From Octopus vulgaris (lineage: Eukaryota): a stretch of DNA of 64,000 nt. Below, in pieces: positions 55,270-64,000 of the stretch. A program made the position numbers and the translations under genes. The stretch is taken from NCBI GenBank assembly GCA_951406725.2, contig OX597833.1, positions 24,242,001-24,306,000 on the forward strand, read 5' to 3'. The notes beneath the pieces are model-generated. The model made no database searches and was not told the origin of the DNA. It worked only from the letters and a program-made list of their open reading frames with translations. Within the stretch, counting starts at the first letter, position 1. Every line of letters starts with the position of its first letter.

Positions 55270-55852
55270 ATATCATTCGTCGTTCCCTCACCTGTCTTAT
55301 GGGACAGTACATCCTGAACATTTTAGGTCTCTACAGAGATGACGCCCTAGCCCTCATTAGCCCTCCTTAAAAAGGATCTAATTAGCGCCCTAGACTAAAC
55401 GGAACTCAAGATCCCCATTGAGACTCATCTCGCCACAGTAGATTTCCTAGATGTTACTTTAGATCTGGTCTCTGGCACATGCAAGCTCTTTCACAAACCA
55501 AACGAGAGGCTGTCCTATATTAACACCGCTTCCCGCCCTCCCACTATAGTGTTCAAGAACCTAGAGAAAGGTTGCAAGAAACTTGAATCTCTCCTCCAAC
55601 CACGATATCTTCGACGCCGCTGCCCCCTACTACAACGAAGCACTGGCATCAAGTGGGTTTAAGGACCGCATCTCCTACATGCCAAGCCCTAGCACCCGGA
55701 AAAGGAAGCGCCGCAGAACCGTCGTTTATTTTGCCCCACTCTTCTCACACAACGTCAAGACTTGTGTGGGAAGGATTTCCCTCAGATTAATAGATAAGCA
55801 CTTCACACAGATACATACATACAGGAATTATTTAACAGGCACCGCCCAAGAG

Positions 55853-55855
<3 letters not shown>
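55270..55855 (+). mobile_element. Penelope-like element RT/thumb/linker fragment
   Basis: GLYRDDALA (RT catalytic motif), VDFLDVTLDL, HKPNERLSYINTAS, LSSNHDIFDAAAPYYNEALASSGF and RKRRRTVVYFAPLFSHNVKTCVG...LIDKHF. Confidence 0.92.
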
Positions 55856-55929
<74 letters not shown>

Positions 55930-56029
55930 TTGTTTGCGTATTTAACTCGATTGTTTTCGTACTTCATGTTATTTACACAGTTGGTGACGTCCTGTACCCA
56001 TAAGCACACACACACATACATAAATATAT

Positions 56030-56281
56030 ATGCAAATCCACAATAGAAGAATTTGTCCGCTGTACTAAACAAGGAAATCGAACACCGGACCACAATGTTG
56101 CAAAGCAAGATTCTTATCACACACACACGATAATGGATGCAACAAGAATGGTGAGAGGAAGACAGATGAGTGGATGGGAATGCCTGAATAGAGAGGTCAC
56201 GAGGCAAGTTAGCCCCGAAGAGAAGCGGTCAGTACTATAGCAGTAGAAAAGATAGATAGATAGATAGATAGGTAGATAGAT

Positions 56282-56337
<56 letters not shown>

Positions 56338-56401
56338 AGAGAGGGAACACACATCTCATTTGTGAGACTGAGGCTAGAGCCAGTGAGTAACTTCACGCTA
56401 A
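56030..56401 (+). repeat. Direct repeat copy 1 (372 bp) of 57430-57809
   Basis: Near-identical to copy 2. By eye there are two substitutions in unique sequence plus microsatellite differences. Confidence 0.95.
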
Positions 56402-57270
56402 TGGTCCATATTGTCTGTATCCTTTCCTTTTGATAAGGGCAGAAAATATTGTGCCGTCTGTAATTCCGAGCTTTACTATATACTTTTCGCCAAATTCCCT
56501 TTAGTAAACACAATCGTAGAGAAATCCTATAGGTGCATGCACTGGCAGAAACACACCTTCCACTCATTTGAGTGATGGTTAATATAGATAACCTCCTTGA
56601 ATTTAATAATTTGGTTCCACATCTACAACAACACCATAGACAAAATTTTTTTATACTCCGTTACTTGAAGGCCTACTACCAATTTCGTTGGGGTATGTTC
56701 TACCTTTGTCTCTCTATCTCTCCCCCCTCTCTCTATCATAAGCACAATCAAACACACAGACACAAACCTGTCACTTCACCACTAGTTGTATTTGGCATTG
56801 ATCCCCCCACACAAACAATCACACACACATATACACACACAAAGACACGAATGCAGTTATATACATACACATACATAGGCACTCAATCTCATTGGCAAAA
56901 GCAAACAACAACGCATCACCATACATACGACTTGCACTCTGTCACCCCCTATTCTTAGTACTTGCCCCTTCCAACCATTTTTGAACTCTTGAACTTTTTA
57001 GAATCTTATCCATCCAACCAATTTTGACGTCACTGCTTATAACGGAATATTTTAAAGAAACATTCATTATCACTATGGACTCCGTGTGGGCAGTCATCTA
57101 AAAGTTTTTGTTCGTCATGATGCTGACATAAGTTCCTTGGCTTTCCTGATGAGAAGACGGCATAATGCACCCTTTATTCCTTCGGAATTAAGAATATGCA
57201 GTCTTCGAAACATGTGTCGAGAATAAAGGAATTTTGTTAAATCGTCGTTCGACTCCATTCTTTCATTTAT
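56402..57270 (+). mobile_element. PLE 3' end (GIY-YIG C-terminus, 3' UTR and hammerhead)
   Basis: WSILSVSFPFDKGRK, then after small frameshifts CRL and NSELYYILFAKFPLVN. This matches the PLE W.I....PY....K.C.LC..EK..I......LN pattern. Confidence 0.8.
57131..57233 (+). ncRNA. Canonical-core type I hammerhead ribozyme
   Basis: UUUC-CUGAUGA(57146-52)-GAAGAC...GUCUUC(57201-06)-GAAAC-AUGU-GUC(57216-18)-GAGA. The distal stem I is AGUUCCUU/AAGGAAUU. Confidence 0.88.
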
Positions 57271-57429
57271 GTATATATATATATATATATATATATGTAC
57301 ATAAACGCACACGCATATATGCATACATACATACATACATACATACATACATACATACATACATACATACATTCATGTCTAAAGGAAAAGCCGCTTCCAG
57401 TACTAAATTACAACCACAAGGAATTGGTA

Positions 57430-57690
57430 ATGCAAATCCACAATAGAAGAATTTGTCCGCTGTACTAAACTAGGAAATCGAACACCGGACCACAATGTTG
57501 CAAAGCAAGATTCTTATCACACACACACGATAATGGATGCAACAAGAATGGTGAGAGGAAGACAGATGAGTGGATGGGAATGCCTGAATAGAGAGGTCAC
57601 AAGGCAAGTTAGCCCCGAAGAGAAGCGGTCAGTACTATAGCAGTAGAAAAGATAGATAGATAGATAGGTAGATAGATAGACAGAGAAAGT

Positions 57691-57740
<50 letters not shown>

Positions 57741-57809
57741 AAGAAAGAGAGGGAACACACATCTCATTTGTGAGACTGAGGCTAGAGCCAGTGAGTAACT
57801 TCACGCTAA
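57430..57809 (+). repeat. Direct repeat copy 2 of 56030-56401
   Basis: See copy 1; the starts are offset by exactly 1400 bp. Confidence 0.95.
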
Positions 57810-58267
57810 CCAGTTTAGTTTGGAGATGTAGGATGGCAGAACTTCAGCAATATCTCGGAGAAATGTCTGCAATTTGAAAATATTTTCAACAGGTGATGCA
57901 CCGGAAAACATGTTTTATTCAATAATTTTTCTTAAATTTCTCCAGTATCTTTTTAAAAAAGATACCATATATAAACTCTTATATTGTTAAATAGTCAAGG
58001 GAAGTGACCGATTTCCGGAAATCCAAAAGCTTGTGCATAGAACAACGGATTTAACTATTTCCAAAAAGTCAACATAAATAGATAAAAATGCATCATTTGA
58101 ATATCAAGTATTAGTGATGTACACATAATTATACACACACTAATACATAGAAGTATATATGTGTGTATATATTTTTATGCATGTAGAAATATCAATGTAT
58201 CTATAAAAGTATATATCTACAATATACATAAGTGCATTTGCATATATATGCATATACATACATGCAC

Positions 58268-58334
<67 letters not shown>

Positions 58335-59029
58335 TTATGTATGTATGTATGTTTGTATACATATATACAAACATATGTATACATTCATATATATTTATAG
58401 TTTATATTTATTTGTAATGATCATACCAAGCTACTTTGATCTAGTGTTGGCCTTCCATACATTGTATATACGAAGAATAAATTTTGTATATATATACTTA
58501 GGGTTGAAGCCTGTAACCACGACCTACTGGTGATCTGATGAGCTAGCTTTCTTCATCACTGATTTTTAATCATATAATTGTATTACTCAATACATAGCAT
58601 TCATATTCATGTAGACATGTAAACTAAGTTATTATACGCTGAAGCTATTACTATTTGATGAAGGCTGCGAAACGGCCTTAACCCTAAGGATAACATGGGG
58701 TTAGATAAAGATATTCACCTCTCATACTTTTTGAATTTTTGTGTTTTATGAACTAATGTCATCGATTGGATCTCCTGGATTTCAGCAGCATAGAACTCCG
58801 TATTATACTCCTCCCTATTCGATTACTAGGTGGACTGCTAGCCGGGTCTGCTAGAAGAGCCTTCTGTGATAGCCACATGATTCTACGAGTCCTTATATGA
58901 CACGACAAATATACACGCGCACACACACACAAGCACACACACTCACACACAGACATATGCACATACACAGAAATTGTATATGCATGTATGCATGTGTGTA
59001 TATGTGTAATACATACATACATACATACA

Positions 59030-59060
<31 letters not shown>

Positions 59061-59471
59061 GTATATACACCACATGTATATACATATGTTTGTAGGAATT
59101 TCTTTGCAGTCAATCTGTCAGGTGTATGTTCTCAGTGAAAGGTTACTATCTTATCAATTCCCTTAACAAGCCCGTTTAAGGAGCTCTTCTATCTATTATT
59201 GTCAGTCTTCCACATTTTTTTCCACCCTTCTCAATAGAATGGAACGGGAAGTGACAAAAAATTTAATGGCCTCCATCCCTACCCACACCCTCTGTATACA
59301 TGCAGGTGATGTGTTTTATTGTTTCCGAGATCTCTTACACTACATCCCTTTGGAACAGACACACACTCGCCCCCCCACACGTACACACATACACACACAC
59401 ACACTCTTCCGCCAAAACAGCAACACCCATCACCACTTCCACCACTGCGACCGACACAACCACTGCCGTTG

Positions 59472-59519
<48 letters not shown>

Positions 59520-59758
59520 AGCTGCTGCTGCTGCTACTACTATTACTTCACTCCATCACCAATACAACTACTACTAATAAAAAGGAGCCTCTAAACGGTC
59601 GCTTGATTAAATGAAAATAATATCAAAATACCCCTCATGTCAGACAAGCGTTGGCTATCTTGTTATTTGTGTATAGCAAAAGACGAGATGGTCATAACTG
59701 GAATACCTTTGATCGTAAGCCTGATCGATCACTGCTGACCTTTAGCTAAAGAACAACG

Positions 59759-59844
<86 letters not shown>

Positions 59845-59949
59845 TGTTATCAACGTGAACACCAGCGTCGTCATTAAAATTACGACGTTCAAAATCTCCA
59901 TTAAATCATCATCACTATAGTCGTCCAACGATGTAGCAACACCATAGCA

Positions 59950-60380
59950 CAATGCTCCAGCTTCTGCCCCACCCACCAGGATCCTCCTCCATCACCACCA
60001 CCATCACCATCATTACCACCAACACCGCCGCCGCCGCCACTACCACTATCACTACCATAAGCACTGTCACCACCTACACCACCACCATCACCACCACCAC
60101 TACCACCACCGCCGCAGCCACTCCACTATCATTACCTTCAGCGCTGTCACCACCTACATTACCATCACCAATAACATTCTCCACCACCACTGCAACCACC
60201 ACCATCAACGCCACCATCATCAGCACCGCTACCATCACTTCCACCGTCACCGCCACCATCACCGATATCATTACCGCCACTGCTATCATCATCACCGCCA
60301 CCACGAGTACCAAAAAAAACTAAGACCTACTCAAACCGTCACCACCACCATCAACCCAACGCCACCGTCAACACACCTCC
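59950..60380. repeat. Degenerate (ACC/CAT)n trinucleotide low-complexity tract; pure (CTA)n at 59480-59520 and 59760-59840
   Basis: Directly visible. Confidence 0.9.
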
Positions 60381-60743
60381 GTAAAAAATACAAAAAACTA
60401 TTACTATGTCCCATCTAACACGCCCATCACTTTCGAAGAAAGGTGCCCTCTGCCCGCGCCAGGGTACGATGCTCAAGATGAGCGCGAAGGAATAGAAAGA
60501 AAGAAAATAATCCCAAAGAAATTTAGAAATCAAGGGAGTCACAACATTAACAACCACAGCTAGAACAACAACAACAACAACAACATTAGCTATCTGGAGT
60601 ACAACAACAAGAAAGAAACTGACCCTCATCTATAACTGTGAGGTTCTATTTAATAAGCAACTGAAATGTCGAGCTCCTTAGCAGATGACAGCGCAGGAGA
60701 AATATAGATAGATTGACAGATAGACAGATAGATAGACAGAGAG

Positions 60744-60781
<38 letters not shown>

Positions 60782-60962
60782 TGAGAGTGAGAGAGGAAGA
60801 GAGAAAGAGAAAGAGGAGGTGTGAGGGAAATAGGTAGCTAAACATATATAGAGAGAGATATGGAGAGAGAAGGCGGTGTTTTAAGTTGGTAACTGAAAAT
60901 CATTTTGCTACACATTTGAATGCTCGTCTTCAGTTGGAATGTTTGGGCTGAAATTTATGAGG

Positions 60963-61007
<45 letters not shown>

Positions 61008-61804
61008 CACACAAACAATACATAACACATACAAACACATATACACACACGCACACATATACATACACATACGTTCACGCACACACTCACACATGGTGTT
61101 ACCCGTACAGACAAAAACTTTTCAGACATACGCACGCACACACGAACACCACACACGTACACAAACGCACGCACGCACGCACCCATGTATATACATACAT
61201 ATATATATATATATGTATATATATATATGTATATAATATACATACATACATTCATACATACATGCATACATAGATACATACAAACACACACATACATACA
61301 TAAGGACACACACACACACACGCACACACACACGCGAGCACACACACATACATATATATACACACGCACACACACACACAAATACGCGAGCACAAACACA
61401 CACACGGATACACACGTACGCATTTTCACACATACACAAAATGCACATGTTCTTTTATACTCACCGTCTCTTATCTCTTCCCCTTTAGTGTTGATCATTT
61501 ATCACTTTTATTCACAAACTCACGTATACTCATCATCAAGCTTGTCGTCAGCATCCCCACGACTGGTATCAATCATACGGGTCACCATTATTATTCATTT
61601 ATCATCATCATTCAGCAATACTCGTCATTCATTTATCATCAACGTTTATTCTCGCCATCATCGTCGTCATATATTTTGCACATGCATACACGTATACATA
61701 TGGAAATGTGTATGCTTGTATAAAAGTACCTATATAATTCTCTCTCCCTCTCTCTTTACACAGACACACACATATGTAATATATACACATACATACGTAT
61801 ATAC

Positions 61805-61875
<71 letters not shown>

Positions 61876-61877
<2 letters not shown>

Positions 61878-62893
61878 AAAAGTTGACGAAAAAACAAAAG
61901 ACGAAGACAGGTTGTGTACAAAACAAACAGATGAATTAAGTATAACGCTCAGAAATAGAAAAAAGTCTTTTACGTTTCGAGCCCACGCTCTTTTACAGAA
62001 AGGTACACAGAAAAAACAAGGAGAGAAAAAAAATGTGTGTAGTGGTTTACTATCTATCATATATATATATATATATATACTCACTTGCCTCGGGCTGAGA
62101 GCGCACGCGCCCCGCGAGCAGAGGTTTGGAAAAGCTATCCCCCGAAGTCCCACACATCATGGAAAAATAATATATATATATATGCAATATATAATACACA
62201 TACATACGTATATACGTCAATATATATATGTTTATATATATATATATATATATATATACAATTTGATTTATAAATTTGTATTTTTATATACGTTACTGTA
62301 TAGAAGTTAATGCTTGACCCAAGTTCTACCCCACAGTTTAACATCAGCACAACTGAATGTTGCGTAGGGGCATGTAAATTCAAGGAAAAGGCCATATGTT
62401 AAATTCTTTTTAGTTCTCGACAGAAAAGAAAAAAGGATACTAAGTCTATTTTCTATTGCAAGTATTACAATAGGTGCTGGAACAATTTACTGCTTAGAGA
62501 ACCAATATTATGGTTCTCTAATTTAGTATTATGCGTGGTTATGTGTATTTTAGCTGTTAAACCTAGTCAGGGTTGGATACCACTGTTAGTTTGTTTTGAA
62601 CTTTACGTAAAACTGTTATTATTGTCATTATTTTATGTTTATATTTATTTTTATACTTTCTAAACTTTCCTGTATAACCTTCTATCCGATTCAGTCGCCA
62701 TGATAGATCGTTAGCCACTACATACATTTTTTCTCCTTGTTTCTCTCCTTGTTTTTTTCTGTGTCCCTTTCTGTAGAAGAGCGTAGGCTCAAAACGTAAA
62801 AGACCTTTTCTATTCCTGAGCGTTATACTAATACATCTGTTAGTTTTGTACACCACCTGTTTTCGTCTTTTCTTTTTCTTCGTAAACTTTCCC
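61876..62893. mobile_element. Inverted pair of approximately 190 bp pseudo-LTR-like repeats (61876-62058 and 62697-62893), each with a minimal hammerhead-like motif
   Basis: The two units show reverse-complement similarity to each other and similarity to 12855-13043. Confidence 0.75.
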
Positions 62894-62971
62894 TATATAT
62901 ATATATTTAATTTTTGTATTTGGTTTGCAAATTTCTTTATGTGAATTCGTGTGTTGACGCATATTTTATTG

Positions 62972-63207
62972 TGTCTGGGGAAAGTCATTCTGTTTTAATG
63001 CCTTATTAATTAACACACTCACCGGTTCGATTTTCTCTCGTTTTATTTATTTTTTTATTTATTATTTTTTTCTACAATTTTCGTTGCTTCTTGCAACCTC
63101 TTCAGTAACTATTGAAAATTTTAGAAAACAAAAATAAATGAGTGGAAATCGAACCGGTGAGTGTGTTAATGAATAAGTCATTAAAACAAAATGACTTTCC
63201 ACAGACA
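62972..63207. repeat. Inverted repeat (arms of about 100 bp) with a hammerhead-like motif at the junction
   Basis: TTAACACACTCACCGGTTCGATTT at about 63010 pairs with AAATCGAACCGGTGAGTGTGTTAA at about 63146, and the flanking sequence is also complementary. Confidence 0.8.
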
Positions 63208-63530
63208 GTGGTTAGATCGTCGAGCTTACGATCGTGAGGTTGTGAGTTCGAATCCCGGACCGGACTGCGTGTTATGTTCTTGAGCAAGACATTTTATTTC
63301 ACGTTGCTCCAGTTCACTCAGCTGTAGAAATAAGTTGCGACGTCACAGGAGCCAAGCTGTATCGGCCTTTGCCTTTCCCTTGGATAACATCAGTGGCGTG
63401 GAGAGGGGAGGGGAGGCCGGTATGCATGGGCGACTGCTGGTCTTCCATAAACAACCTTCCCCGGACTTGTGCCTGGGAGGGTAACTTTCTTGGTGCAATC
63501 CCACGGTCAGTCATGACCGAAAGGGGTCTC
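63208..63530 (+). mobile_element. tRNA(Arg)-like SINE (family C)
   Basis: GTGGTTAG...CTTACGATC...GAGTTCGAATCCC (A/B boxes, ACG anticodon-like loop), followed by a non-tRNA body. Confidence 0.85.
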
Positions 63531-63534
63531 AGCA

Positions 63535-63581
<47 letters not shown>

Positions 63582-63583
<2 letters not shown>

Positions 63584-63829
63584 GAGGCGCAATGGCCCAG
63601 TGTGTAGGGCAGCGGACTCGCGGTTTCGATTCCCAGACCGGGCGTTGTGAGTGTTTATTGAGCGAAAACACCTAAAAGCTCCACGAGGCTCCGACAGGGG
63701 GTGGTGATCCCTGCTGTACTCTTTCACCACTCTTAGCCAGCGGGGTGGCGTCATTCGAAGGCTAAAACAATGCGAACGCATTGTGACCAGCGATGTGTAA
63801 CAACATCTGATGGTCTGGTCGGTCACGTG

Positions 63830-63830
<1 letters not shown>
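63582..63830 (+). mobile_element. tRNA-derived SINE (GGAGGCGCAATGGCCCAGTG head)
   Basis: A-box-like TGGCCCAGTG and B-box-like GTTTCGATTCCC, with a non-tRNA body, flanked by microsatellites. Confidence 0.8.
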
Positions 63831-63866
<36 letters not shown>

Positions 63867-64000
63867 CAATTTAGGAGTGGCCTTAACAGGCCATTCGTCC
63901 GCTAGAAAGAGCAGCCAGAACTCACACCGCGAAGTAGTAGTAATTCAGAAATTAGGTGAAAATTTAAAAACATTTACCCTAATTCATCTTTTAGACGATG

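Noticed and set aside
56030-57809. Direct repeats as the LTRs of a retrozyme or LTR element
   Set aside because: The repeats contain SINE and microsatellite host sequence, lack TG...CA ends and do not contain the ribozyme.
58535-58681. CUGAUGA at 58535 and UUGAUGA..GAAACGGCCUUA at 58655
   Set aside because: The first lacks GAAA and the second lacks convincing stems I-III. At most this is a decayed HHR.
58759-58900. Unique-looking minus-strand reading frame as a candidate APCDD1 exon
   Set aside because: It has no APCDD1 motifs or clear splice sites.
59952-60323. Mucin-like Thr-rich ORF
   Set aside because: It is a degenerate trinucleotide repeat with no splice or domain support.

Overview
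This is AT-rich, microsatellite-saturated eukaryotic DNA. The tRNA-derived SINE families and the (TA)n/(CA)n/(CATA)n/(AAT)n density point to a coleoid cephalopod, most likely Octopus; this is an inference. Only one host coding segment is supported: the terminal exon (6585-7508, minus strand) of an APCDD1-like Wnt/BMP inhibitor gene. I could not find its upstream exons, so the rest of the window is probably one very large intron. It is filled with decayed transposons: R4/Dong-type RLE LINEs, RTE, L1/Tx1, several Penelope-like elements (PLEs), Tc1 and mariner relics, a KIAA1586-like hAT, a Gypsy relic, MITE-like foldbacks and many SINEs. The most interesting signal is a set of type I hammerhead ribozyme (HHR) motifs from about four PLE pseudo-LTR families. 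These are one canonical-looking copy at 57131-57233, a long-stem-II family (30039-30122, 44328-44413), a minimal family with a shared CUGU core variant (three copies), and a weaker motif at 63072-63108. Templated rearrangements and a pre-miRNA-like hairpin were also noted. Almost all ORF-track entries are microsatellite translation artefacts. All assignments were made by eye, with no database searches, and many boundaries are approximate.
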